A stretch of DNA of 64,000 nucleotides from Longimicrobiales bacterium (lineage in GTDB: Bacteria > Gemmatimonadota > Gemmatimonadetes > Longimicrobiales > Gaopeijiaceae). Where the stretch lies: the NCBI GenBank assembly GCA_965218295.1, contig CBDCKN010000014.1:64001-128000 (forward strand), read 5' to 3'. The position numbers and the translations under genes were made by a program. A model generated the notes under the pieces. The model was not told the DNA's origin. It searched no databases and saw nothing but the letters and a program-made list of their open reading frames with translations. Positions 29,100-39,028 of this stretch are shown here, piece by piece. Each line of letters starts with the position of its first letter. The stretch's first letter is position 1.

Positions 29100-29909
29100 A
29101 TGGAACAGCAGAGGCTCAGGCTCGACGGGAAAGTCGCGATTGTTACCGGCGCCGGCTCCAGCGGGCCCGGGGTGGGCACCGGAAAAGCAACCGCTACCCT
29201 GTTCGCCCGGGAAGGCGCCAAAGTCCTTCTGGTTGACCGGGTGGCGGCCCAGGCTGAAGCAACCCTAGCCACCATTAGAGAGGCGGGCGGCGAAGCCTCG
29301 GTGTTGGAAGCGGACGTTACCCGGAACGATGATTGCCAGGCTGTGGCCGAAGCCGCCGTGGAGCGCTACGGCGGGCTGCATGTGCTGTTCAACAACGTTG
29401 GGATTATGGGCCGAGGGAGCGTGGTGGACGTTAACGAAGAAGATTGGGACCGGGTACTGGACGTCAACCTCAAGAGCATGATGCTGACCAGCAAGTACGC
29501 GGTTCCTCGCATGGCCGAAGGCGGCGGCGGGTCGATCATCAACGTTTCGTCAATCGCCGGACTGCGGGCCGGCAGCGGTGGCTCCAGCATCTCCTACTCC
29601 GCTTCCAAGGGCGGGGTTGTGGCTTTGACCACTTCCATGGCAGTCTACCACGGTAGAGAGAACATCCGGGTTAACTGCATCGCGCCGGGCCACATTTACA
29701 CGCCCATGGTTTCGGCAATGACCAATGAGACCCGCGACTTGCGGCGCAGGGCCGGCCCTCTGGGCACCGAGGGCACGGCTTGGGACATCGCTTGGGCGGC
29801 AGTATTCCTTGCCAGCGACGAAGCCCGCTGGGTCTCCGGCGTGGTGCTACCCGTGGACGCCGGGTTGCTGGCTACTACACCCTTGGCCATGTTGGAGCAC
29901 CTGAGATAA
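29100..29909 (+). CDS. short-chain dehydrogenase/reductase
   Basis: TGAGSSGPGVGTG, NNVG, YSASK and IRVNCIAPG. Confidence 0.95.
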   Translation: MEQQRLRLDGKVAIVTGAGSSGPGVGTGKATATLFAREGAKVLLVDRVAAQAEATLATIREAGGEASVLEADVTRNDDCQAVAEAAVERYGGLHVLFNNVGIMGRGSVVDVNEEDWDRVLDVNLKSMMLTSKYAVPRMAEGGGGSIINVSSIAGLRAGSGGSSISYSASKGGVVALTTSMAVYHGRENIRVNCIAPGHIYTPMVSAMTNETRDLRRRAGPLGTEGTAWDIAWAAVFLASDEARWVSGVVLPVDAGLLATTPLAMLEHLR

Positions 29910-29982
29910 TAGACCAACGGCGTGCCACGAAGGGCCCATCGAGTTCGACTTACGTGTGCCTCCGCGGTTAATACTCCCGCTT

Positions 29983-30300
29983 CTACTCGGCGTCAGGATG
30001 GGTCGTGATGAACCGGGCGGCCTTTGCCGGGTCGACGTGGGGAGCGCGTACTTCCACTCCGGCTTGCTCCTCCTGAAGCAGGAAGGTAACACTGCTGTCC
30101 CGGTCTGCCCAACCGCGGTTCATCCCCTGAATTGCGATTTGCTCCACTAGATTGGCCACCGGCATAGGCACGTTGAATTCCCTGCCGAGGTCCGTAGCCA
30201 GGCCTATGTCCTTCCGGGATAGCGACAACGCAAAGCTTGGCGGGTCAAACTCGCCGCGAAATACCGTTCTGGCCATGCCCTCGTGCAGCCCGCTCATGCG
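29983..30300 (-). pseudogene. 3-hydroxyisobutyrate dehydrogenase-family C-terminal fragment
   Basis: FDPPSFALSLSRKDIGLATDLGREFNVPMP; NAD-binding N-terminus absent. Confidence 0.75.
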
Positions 30301-30513
30301 GCCCAAAGCTCCCCGGCCCCAGAGCGACGATCCCCGAGACGATGATCACGCTCACCTTCCCAATGAAAGGAGCGGCACCCGGAAGCCTTCATAGGTGCGT
30401 AATCATGCAGACGAATAGACGCTGAACGAGCAGCATATCTATGCGTTTAGGGCCCTTCTGCGGCCCATAATCCCCAGAGTGCCCGTGTTCGCTTGATTCC
30501 TCTCAGATGCGGA

Positions 30514-30541
30514 GGTTCGTAGAAGAGACATTATGTAAAGT
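30514..30541 (+). other. dif-like XerC/XerD site
   Basis: GGTTCGTAGAA-GAGACA-TTATGTAAAGT (11-6-11) compared with E. coli dif GGTGCGCATAA-TGTATA-TTATGTTAAAT. Confidence 0.6.
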
Positions 30542-30629
30542 TGAGAGCCCCAGAAGCCGTTGATCCTGCATAATACCGTGGGTTCTGTGTGACCCGTCGC
30601 TTACCCTGAGCTGAAGTCGTTCGTTATAT

Positions 30630-30895
30630 ACGCGGAAGGGGACACCACCATGATCCTCCACATCAGCACCACGGACGAGCTGGCCCTATGGGTGAACGGC
30701 CGCTTCGCCGGCTACTACTACAGGAACGGCTACCTTCACGACGACTGGAACGCGTGGCACGACTTCTGGAAGAATCCAGCCCGCGAGGGACGTAGGGACT
30801 CCCTCCGACTGCGAAGGGGAGAGAACGCCATTGTCCTCAGGGTTCGCAATGGCCAGTTCGCGTCTGGAGGCTTCTTCGCCCGCCTTCAGTCCTGA
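30630..30895 (+). pseudogene. C-terminal beta-sandwich fragment of a hypothetical protein
   Basis: LHISTTDELALWVNG...LRRGENAIVLRVRNG...GGFFARL; no clear N-terminus. Confidence 0.45.
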
Positions 30896-33546
30896 CGCAA
30901 CGCCTTGGCCGGGTCCACCCCTGCTGCCCTCTGGGCCGGCAGCCAACTGGCGATCCCCGCCACGAAGGACAGCGCCAGAGCGACCGAGGCATAGGTCAGA
31001 GGGTCCGTAGCGCTCACACCAAAGAGCAGCGAGGTCATCACCGAGCTCATCAGCCACGCGCCGACGAGGCCGACGATGACCCCCACCCCCGCCAGGCCCA
31101 TCCCCTGCCTCACGACCATCCCCCGGACCTCGGGGGCCGAGGCGCCCAACGCCATCCTGACCCCGATCTCCCGTGTTCGCTGGGAGACCACATAGGAGAT
31201 CACACCGTAGATTCCTATCATCCCAAGAAGCAGCGCCACGCCGGACGCCACGCCGAGCATGGCCACCGTGAACGATGTCCTCGCCGTCGCATGTCTCGAG
31301 ACCTCGGCCATGGTCCGTGGTGTGGAGATCGGGATGCGGGGGTTCAGGGCACGGACCTCGCGGCGGATCACGGAGAGGATCGCCGTCGGCTCTCCCGAGA
31401 CCCTGACCACGAGGGTCAGCGCGCGATGGGCCTGCAGTTGCTCGCCGCTCCCGAGGACCGTCGGACGGTAGATCATCCCCTCGGGCGGTTCCTCGAGGCC
31501 CTCGTAGTGCACGTCGCCGACCACACCGACGATCTCGAGCCCATCCGGTTCGCCGTCAATGCGCCGACCCACCGCGCTGCCGTTGGGCCACCACCTGTCG
31601 GCGAACGATTCGCTCACGATCGCCGCGGGTGTCTGGTCCCCCCGGTCGCCGGCCTGGAAGGTCCTGCCCTCTATCAAGGGGATGCCGAGCACCTCGAAGA
31701 ACCCTGGGCTGGCATAGTTGTTGTTCGCGAAGATCGGCCGCTCGCCCGGTCCCCGCGGGTGATCCTCGAGCTCCTGCGTCGTGAAGGACACGCCACCCCC
31801 GAGAGACACGCCAGCGACGAGCCCTACCTGTTCCACTCCGGGCTGAGCCTCAAGGCGCTCCCTGAGTTGCCGGAAGAAGTCGGCGGTCTCGGCAGCACCC
31901 GAGATCTCTGCAGACGGTACAGTGAGTCGGACGGTCATCACCCCTTCACCGTCGAAGCCGGGGTCCACCGAGCGGAGCGCCACGAAGCTTCGGAGCATCA
32001 AGCCCGAGCCCACCAGCAGCATGAGGGCCAGACCGACCTGTGCCACCACGAGTCCGTTCCGGAGTAGGTGCCGCCCACGCCCATCGGTGGAGCCCTGCCC
32101 TCCTCCGTCACGGAGCTGACCCGCCAGATCGGGCGCGCTGTAGCGCACCATGGGAAACAGGCCGAACAGGAGTGCCGCGGCGAAAGAGATCAAGACCGTA
32201 AAGCCCAGAACCCGGAGATCCACACCCACCTCCGCAATCCGGGGGATGTCGGCGGGGGTGAGGCTCGTCGATACCCTTACCGCTATGGCCGCGAGCCCGA
32301 CGCCGAGCACGCCTCCGGCCGCCGACAACAGAAGGCTCTCGCTCATGAAGGACCGCATCAGCTGGAGTCGGCCGGCCCCTACCGCTACCCTGAGCGCCAC
32401 TTCTCGCTGCCTGACCTCGGCGCGAACCAGAAGGAGGTTGGCGACGTTGGCGCACGCGATGACCAGCACCAGGCCCACCGTGCCGAAGAGAATCCAAAGG
32501 GTTCGGGTCATGTCGCCGACGATGGCGTCCTTGAGGGGCCGAACGACGGCCCTGAGGCTCACCTCGGCCAGGAAGGCCGGGGCGCGGTCTTCCGGAAACA
32601 GCTCCGCGAGACGGCTGACGAGCCCCTCGAGCTCCGTATTGGCTCCCTGCACAGACGCCGCTTCGGAGAGCCTGGCGATCCCGCTTGCACCGAAAGCGGC
32701 CAGCGGCGCCCGGGCCGGATCGACCATCAGGGGAATGTAGAGCCGCGCGTCGGAATCAGGATACGCGAAGCCGGCGGGCATGACGCCGACGACACGGCGG
32801 TTCACACCACTCATGTCGACCGTGCGTCCGACGATGGCGGGATCGGCCCCGAAATGGCTCCGCCAGAGTGCGTGGCCCAAAACCACGACGGGCTCGGCAT
32901 CACGCTCGCCATCCTCGGCGGTCAAAGCCCGTCCCACCACCGCGTCCACGCCAAGGACCGGGAAGAAGGACGGGGTCACCGACCGGCCCAATATCCGCTC
33001 CGGATCCCCATCTCCCATCAGGTTCACGACCGTGCCCCGGTGCATGGCGATGGATTCGAACGAGCCGGCCTGGTCCCCGTACAGAAGGTAGAGCCCAGCC
33101 GATATGGGAAGGCGGTCCTCGCCGCCGCGTCCTTCGTGCTGGACCGACACGAGCTCGCCAGAGTCGGGGTATGGCAGCGGCTTGAGAATCACCCCGTCCA
33201 CCAGCGTGAACACGGCGGTCGTGGCCCCGATTCCCAGCATGAGAGTCACCACGGCCACCACGGTGAATCCGGGGGAGCGCACCAGCGCCCGCAGCGCGAA
33301 CCGAAGGTCGTTGAACAGGCCCGTCATCCTCATCGTCTGCTTCCTCTCCCAAAGGGCGTCAATCAAGCAATTAAGGGTTCGTACTCGGAGCTTCAGGCGA
33401 GCCTGTGCCGACGCGCCGTCCCTCTCGATCAGTCGGTGCCACGCGTAGGCCACCTCGGCCTCCCACTCCCTCCGCCAGGCTCCCCTTCGCGAGGGGGGAA
33501 CCAGCCGGGAAGCCCAGCCGATGAGTCGAAGCCCCGGCGTTGTCAT
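30886..33546 (-). CDS. duplicated MacB/FtsX-type permease (ADOP-like)
   Basis: DLRFALRAL..SPGF, LVIACANVANLLL, R.REVALRVAVGA and QRTREIGVRMALGA; two repeats; no adjacent ATPase gene. Confidence 0.95.
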   Translation of the reverse strand: MTTPGLRLIGWASRLVPPSRRGAWRREWEAEVAYAWHRLIERDGASAQARLKLRVRTLNCLIDALWERKQTMRMTGLFNDLRFALRALVRSPGFTVVAVVTLMLGIGATTAVFTLVDGVILKPLPYPDSGELVSVQHEGRGGEDRLPISAGLYLLYGDQAGSFESIAMHRGTVVNLMGDGDPERILGRSVTPSFFPVLGVDAVVGRALTAEDGERDAEPVVVLGHALWRSHFGADPAIVGRTVDMSGVNRRVVGVMPAGFAYPDSDARLYIPLMVDPARAPLAAFGASGIARLSEAASVQGANTELEGLVSRLAELFPEDRAPAFLAEVSLRAVVRPLKDAIVGDMTRTLWILFGTVGLVLVIACANVANLLLVRAEVRQREVALRVAVGAGRLQLMRSFMSESLLLSAAGGVLGVGLAAIAVRVSTSLTPADIPRIAEVGVDLRVLGFTVLISFAAALLFGLFPMVRYSAPDLAGQLRDGGGQGSTDGRGRHLLRNGLVVAQVGLALMLLVGSGLMLRSFVALRSVDPGFDGEGVMTVRLTVPSAEISGAAETADFFRQLRERLEAQPGVEQVGLVAGVSLGGGVSFTTQELEDHPRGPGERPIFANNNYASPGFFEVLGIPLIEGRTFQAGDRGDQTPAAIVSESFADRWWPNGSAVGRRIDGEPDGLEIVGVVGDVHYEGLEEPPEGMIYRPTVLGSGEQLQAHRALTLVVRVSGEPTAILSVIRREVRALNPRIPISTPRTMAEVSRHATARTSFTVAMLGVASGVALLLGMIGIYGVISYVVSQRTREIGVRMALGASAPEVRGMVVRQGMGLAGVGVIVGLVGAWLMSSVMTSLLFGVSATDPLTYASVALALSFVAGIASWLPAQRAAGVDPAKALRQD

Positions 33547-33860
33547 CAGGCGGGTGCCGTCCCGGCATCGAAGAGGCGATGGAGCGTCGGAAAACGCTCC
33601 AGGACCTCCCCCATGGCCTCTTCACCGACGGGGGTGATTCGGTAGTAGCGGCGGGCGGGACGCTGCTCGGCTCGAGCGAGGGCCTCATCCTCCCACACGC
33701 CCTCCAGCACGCCTCGCCGCTCGAGACGACGCAGGAGGGGGTATACGGTCCCGTCGGGAAGGCCGGTGGCGTCCATGACGTCGAAGCCGTAGCGGTGACC
33801 GTGCCGGATGGCCAGAAGTACCGCCGCCGTAGGGTAGGTGAGGCTGAAGAGCCGTCCCAT
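33546..33860 (-). CDS. PadR family transcriptional regulator
   Basis: YGFDVM...GTVYPLLRRLERRG...RRYYRIT..G; translationally coupled to the permease. Confidence 0.95.
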   Translation of the reverse strand: MGRLFSLTYPTAAVLLAIRHGHRYGFDVMDATGLPDGTVYPLLRRLERRGVLEGVWEDEALARAEQRPARRYYRITPVGEEAMGEVLERFPTLHRLFDAGTAPA

Positions 33861-33947
33861 GATCGTGTCTTCCCGTCCTCGCGCTTCCCTCATCCATGGG
33901 CTCAGCCGCCAACAGGCGCACCGCTACCCGACTCTCTCTACTTCTCT

Positions 33948-33995
33948 CCCTACCACAGAATTCTAGCCCACCCTACCACACAATTCTAGGTAGGG
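33948..33995. promoter_or_regulatory. tandem 19-bp boxes upstream of padR (putative operator)
   Basis: CCCTACCACA(G/C)AATTCTAG at 33948-33966 and 33971-33989. Confidence 0.55.
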
Positions 33996-34069
33996 TTCAC
34001 CGGGTGAGATGCCGGATGCCGGGAAAGGGTTGCCGGGGGGACATGCATGTGCGACTCAGGCGAGGCAGC

Positions 34070-34498
34070 TCACTTCTTTGCGAGGCTGGCATAGAGTCGC
34101 TTGACCACCTGGATCTGGCCGGCGTGGTAGGTGTCGTGCAGGACGATCCCCATGAGTAGATCGGCGTAGGTGTATTCGTTTTGTCCGCCCGACAGCTCGT
34201 CCAAGCGCGACGGGTCGAAATCTCGCATGGCCTCGATGAGCAGCGTGTGATACTCGCGCACGAGGGCCCGGTCCTCCTTCCAAGAGCTCACCGTGATCTC
34301 CTCGGGCGGAGCCGGCCAGTTGGAGGGTGAGCGGGGGAATCCGCCGTGTGCCCCTCCCGTGATCCTGCGCCGGATCGCGTAATTCCAGTAGGCGATATGT
34401 AAGGTCAGATCCCAGATGCTGTGCCGGTCGGGCGCCGGCTTCTCCGCGGCAGCCTCCTGCATGTCCGGTAGCACGTGCGAATACACGTCCATCGTCAT
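34070..34498 (-). pseudogene. 5'-truncated DinB-family gene fused in frame to a tyrosine-integrase tail
   Basis: MTMDVYSHVLPDMQEAAAEK (integrase C-terminus) joined to RHSIWDLTLHIAYW...HDTYHAGQI (DinB). Confidence 0.75.
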
Positions 34499-34678
34499 AA
34501 CCCTACTCGAAGGCTGAATCCTACTACGCTCCTGGGAATTCTACGCCTGTGAGAATGGAGGCCATGAGTGCGGGGTGGTCATCGGAGAGGCGACGCCCAA
34601 GTCGGTCATCACCCAGACCGGATGCCCCTCACGATACTGGCTCGTCTTTCTCCATAAGGCCCAGCTGCTGCAACTCTA

Positions 34679-34720
34679 CTAGTGCTTGATTCACGTCTTC
34701 TAGTACTCGATTCACGTCTT
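34679..34720. repeat. 21-bp tandem repeat, two units
   Basis: CTAGTGCTTGATTCACGTCTT / CTAGTACTCGATTCACGTCTT. Confidence 0.7.
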
Positions 34721-34762
34721 CGACAGTCATGCCGATAGCCTCCTACCTCCCTCTTCCTTGAG

Positions 34763-34809
34763 TGTTAGCGGCGGCCCAAAATTGCACAGATGTGGCGGCC
34801 GAAAATTGC
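34763..34809. mobile_element. IS21-family terminus truncated by IS256
   Basis: TGTTAGCGGCGGCCCAAAATTGCACAGATGTGGCGGCCGAAAATTGC: TG start with a repeated internal motif. Confidence 0.6.
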
Positions 34810-36186
34810 GAGCTAGGATCAAAGGGTGTGTAAAAAGAGAGGCGACGTACCTTTGCGCTGAGATTTAAACCAGCGAGCCCGGGTGACAGCCCGGGGAAAG
34901 GAACGTCGCCTCATGAGAGAGGATATCGCGGGACCCCAGGGTGCGTCCAGCAGGCCGATGTGGGAGACGCTCGAGGGGATGGTTAGGGAGAAGGCGCAGG
35001 AGTTCATCCAACAGATCATGGAGGAGGAAGTCACGGAGTTGTTAGGCCGGGAGAAGTCAGAGCGCAGGAGTACGGTGGACTCGGCCGAGGGCTACCGCAA
35101 CGGATATGGCAAGCCGAGGCGGTTGGCGATGAGCTCGGGCACGATCACACTCCGACGCCCTCGGGTTCGGGGCGTCGAGGAGCGGTTCGAGAGTCGGGTG
35201 CTGCCGTTGTTCGCGAGGCGGACGAAGGAGCTGGGCGCTCTGCTTCCGGAGCTGTATCTGCACGGACTGGCGGAGGGAGACTTCGAGCTGGCGATGCGGG
35301 GACTGCTAGGCGAGGGGGCACCGCTGTCGAAGTCTTCGATTCGGAGACTGCGGGCGGGATGGACGGCGGAGTTCGAGGAATGGAGCCAGCGTCGCCTGGA
35401 GGGCCGTGAGGTCGTCTACGTATGGGCGGACGGGATCTACGTGAAGGCAGGGCTCGAGCGGGACAAGGCGGCGCTACTGGTGGTGCTGGGCGCGATGCGA
35501 GACGGGACGAAGGAGGTGTTGGCCCTGAGATCGGGCTACCGAGAGTCGGTCGAGTCCTGGTCGGAGGTGTTGCGGGACCTGAAGGCACGCGGCATCGAGG
35601 CGCCCCGGCTTTTGATGGCGGACGGTAACGCTGCGATCTGGGGCGCAGTACGGCAGGTATGGCCTGAGGCGGGCGAGCAACGGTGCTGGAACCACAAGAT
35701 GAGGAACGTGCTGGACCGACTACCTCAGCGGGAGCAGGGCGAGGCGAAGGATCTTCTCCGGGCCGTGGTCTACGCACCGAGCCGGGCCGAGGCCCTGAAG
35801 GCCCGCGAGGTGTTCGCCCGACGCTATAGGCCGTGGTATCCGAAAGCAGTGGACGTACTCGAGGACGACTGGGAGCGGATGGTAGCGTTCTACGACTTCC
35901 CCGAGGACCACTGGAAGCATCTACGCACGACGAACGTGGTCGAGAGCCCGTTCGCCGCGGTACGGCTCAGGACGACGGCGGCGAAGCGGTTCAAGCGGGT
36001 CGAGAGCGCTACGGCGCTAATCTGGAAGTTGCTCTTGGTGGCTGAGAAGCGGTTTCGAAGGCTCGACGCTCCTCACCTCCTCAAGGACGTATTTGAAGGA
36101 AGAAAGTTCGAAGACGGAAAGCCCGTCTCACACCAACAGCGGAAGAATGCCGCCTGATACGTTTACACACCTATTGACCCAACCTC
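34810..36186 (+). mobile_element. IS256-family element, copy 3 (variant; intact transposase 34913-36157)
   Basis: Same terminal IRs as copies 1 and 2; flanks AAAATTGC and AGAAGATC do not match, so no TSD. Confidence 0.95.
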
Positions 36187-37134
36187 AGAAGATCCTTCGC
36201 CTCGCTCTGCTCCCGCTGAGGCAGCCGGTCCAGCACGTTCCTCATCTTGTGGTTCCAGCACCGTTGCTCGCCCGCCTCAGGCCATACCTGCCGTACTGCG
36301 CCCCAGATCGCAGCGTTACCGTCCGCCATCAAAAGCCGGGGCGCCTCGATGCCGCGTGCCTTCAGATCCCGCAACACCTCCGACCAGGACTCGACCGACT
36401 CTCGGTAGCCCGATCTCAGGGCCAACACCTCCTTCGTCCCGTCTCGCATCGCGCCCAGCACCACCAGTAGCGCCGCCTTGTCCCGCTCGAGCCCTGCCTT
36501 CACGTAGATCCCGTCCGCCCATACGTAGACGACCTCACGGCCCTCCAGGCGACGCTGGCTCCATTCCTCGAACTCCGCCGTCCATCCCGCCCGCAGTCTC
36601 CGAATCGAAGACTTCGACAGCGGTGCCCCCTCGCCTAGCAGTCCCCGCATCGCCAGCTCGAAGTCTCCCTCTGCCAGTCCGTGCAGATACAGCTCCGGAA
36701 GCAGAGCGCCCAGCTCCTTCGTCCGCCTCGCGAACAACGGCAGCACCCGACTCTCGAACCGCTCCTCGACGCCCCGAACCCGAGGGCGTCGGAGTGTGAT
36801 CGTGCCCGAGCTCATCGCCAACCGCCTCAGCTTGCCATATCCGTTGCGGTAGCCCTCGGCCGAGTCCACCGTACTCCTGCGCTCTGACTTCTCCCGGCCT
36901 AACAACTCCGTGACTTCCTCCTCCATGATCTGTTGGATGAACTCCTGCGCCTTCTCCCTAACCATCCCCTCGAGCGTCTCCCACATCGGCCTGCTGGACA
37001 CACCCTGGGGTCCCGCGATATCCTCTCTCATGAGGCGACGTTCCTTTCCCCGGGCTGTCACCCGGGCTCGCTGGTTTAAATCTCAGCGCAAAGGTACGTC
37101 GCCTCTCTTTTTACACACCCTTTGATCCTAGCTC
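36187..37134 (-). mobile_element. IS256-family element, copy 4 (3'-truncated, inverted)
   Basis: Inverted near-identical copy of the first 948 bp of copy 3, abutting the right IR of copy 3. Confidence 0.95.
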
Positions 37135-37312
37135 ACGTTGTCAGTTGCCGGTGCTGTTTTGGAGTGAGACCGTGATGAGCTTACTACTGAATTGTCCACA
37201 GGGCTTCCTGGTGCCGGTGCCGCCGGGCCTGCCTGGTCGTTGCGGGCATTTATGACATCCGGTATCGTTCGCCGATGCATTGCTCTTAATCGTCTTGCGG
37301 GAGAGTGGATAG

Positions 37313-38677
37313 ATGGAAGAACTCCGCGTTCTCTCCGTGTGCGGAAACCTGGGCTACGGGTTCCCGGTGGAGTCCCTCGCCGCCGGCATTGCCCGCGATC
37401 CCCACTACATGGGCGCGGACAACGGCTCGACCGACGGGGGGCCCTACTATTTAGGAAGCGGAGACCAACTTACCAAGCGGGGGCAGATCGTCCGCGACCT
37501 TGGGCTGTCCCTCGCCGCTGCGCGGAAAAAAAAGATCCCGTACATCATCGGCTCGGCTGGCACGGGGGGCGGGAATCCGCACGTGGACAGCGTGTTGGAT
37601 GTCCTCCACGAAGCCTCGAAAAAAGAAGGCCATCGCTTCAAGCTCGCTGTCATCCGCGCGGAGATGGACAAGGAGTTCGTAAAAAAAGCCGTGAGAGAGG
37701 GCCGGGTACGCCCTCTGGGCAGGCTGGGAGATCTCACAGAGGGGGCAGTGGATGAGAGTGTAAGGATCGTGGGGCAAATGGGTCTCGACCCCTTCATCCG
37801 AGCTCTGGAAGGCGGGGCGGACGTGATCGTCGCGGGGCGGTCCTGCGACACGGCGATCTACACTTCTTACGCTGCCATGAAGGGCTACGATCTGGGACTC
37901 GCCTTCCACATGGCGAAGATCATCGAGTGCGGCGCTCAATGCGCCATCCCCATTGGCGCGAACGATTGCATCCTGGGTACGTTGAAGGAAGACTGCTTCG
38001 AGCTCGAGCCCATGAATCGGAACATGCGCCTTACCCCAAACTCTGTCGCCGCCCACATGATGTACGAGCAGCCCGACCCCTATCTGTTCTACGAGCCGGA
38101 GGGGACGATCGACCTTCAGGGCACCGAGTTCGAGCAGATGGACGAGCGCCGCGTCCGGGTGCGGGGGACCCGCTTTTTTGAAGCAGAGAAGCCCACCATC
38201 AAGCTCGAAGGAGCCCGACTGCGCGGCTACCGGACGATTGCGGTGGCCGGAATGACCGATCCCATTCTGCTGAGCAAACTGAATGACGTCGAGGATAAAG
38301 TGAGGGAAAAGGTCGCGGAGATGGTGCAGACGAGCCTCGCACCGGAGGACTATGACCTCCGGTTCATCTTCTACGGACGCGACGGCGTGATGGGACGCCT
38401 CGGCCGTCAGGAGCCGGGGCCCGCCCACGAGGTGGGCGTCGTGATGGAAGTGATCGCACCGGACCAGCCGACGGCAGACGCCGTGCTCGCTCTGACGAGA
38501 AGCACGTTTTTGCACTGCGGCTTCGAGGGCAGAAAGGCCACGGCGGGCAATCTCGCTTTTCCCTTCTCGCCTTCTGATTTCCAGGGCGGGCCCGTCTACG
38601 AGTTCCACATCTACCATCTCATGGAGCTCGAGGACGCGGGTGCCCCCTTCGAGGTCGAGATTTCTCAGGTGGGCTGA
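37313..38677 (+). CDS. AtuA-like (DUF1446) family protein
   Basis: GNLGYGF, DNGSTDGGPYYLG, GSAGTGG, VGQMG, GADVIVAGRSCD, HMAKIIECGA and SVAAHMMYE. Confidence 0.85.
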   Translation: MEELRVLSVCGNLGYGFPVESLAAGIARDPHYMGADNGSTDGGPYYLGSGDQLTKRGQIVRDLGLSLAAARKKKIPYIIGSAGTGGGNPHVDSVLDVLHEASKKEGHRFKLAVIRAEMDKEFVKKAVREGRVRPLGRLGDLTEGAVDESVRIVGQMGLDPFIRALEGGADVIVAGRSCDTAIYTSYAAMKGYDLGLAFHMAKIIECGAQCAIPIGANDCILGTLKEDCFELEPMNRNMRLTPNSVAAHMMYEQPDPYLFYEPEGTIDLQGTEFEQMDERRVRVRGTRFFEAEKPTIKLEGARLRGYRTIAVAGMTDPILLSKLNDVEDKVREKVAEMVQTSLAPEDYDLRFIFYGRDGVMGRLGRQEPGPAHEVGVVMEVIAPDQPTADAVLALTRSTFLHCGFEGRKATAGNLAFPFSPSDFQGGPVYEFHIYHLMELEDAGAPFEVEISQVG

Positions 38678-38686
38678 GAGGTCGAG

Positions 38687-38998
38687 TTGGACCGGTTGTA
38701 CGATCTCGCCGAGGTTTTCCGAAGCAAGAACGCGGGTCCGCTCTTAATCACTGTAGATCTGCTTTTCGCTGATGAGGCGACATACACACGGGTTGCGGAC
38801 AGCGAAGTCCTCACGCCGGGAACCGTTGCCGAGCTGTACGAACTGGAGCCGGAGGACGTAAAGATCGTCCATTTCGACGCTGCCAACGCCATCAAGATCA
38901 CCATGCCAAGAAAGGGGCCCACCTCGGGCGCTCCCGGAGATCGGGACGTGTATGGGGCGCAGCAGCATGGGCCATTGCTCGGAATCATGATCCCCTAG
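38687..38998 (+). CDS. DUF4387 family protein
   Basis: RSKNAGP..ITVD...AIKIT...DRDVYGAQQHGPL. Confidence 0.9.
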   Translation: MDRLYDLAEVFRSKNAGPLLITVDLLFADEATYTRVADSEVLTPGTVAELYELEPEDVKIVHFDAANAIKITMPRKGPTSGAPGDRDVYGAQQHGPLLGIMIP

Positions 38999-39028
38999 CT
39001 CTCTTACGGGCCCCGGACCGATGCGAAG

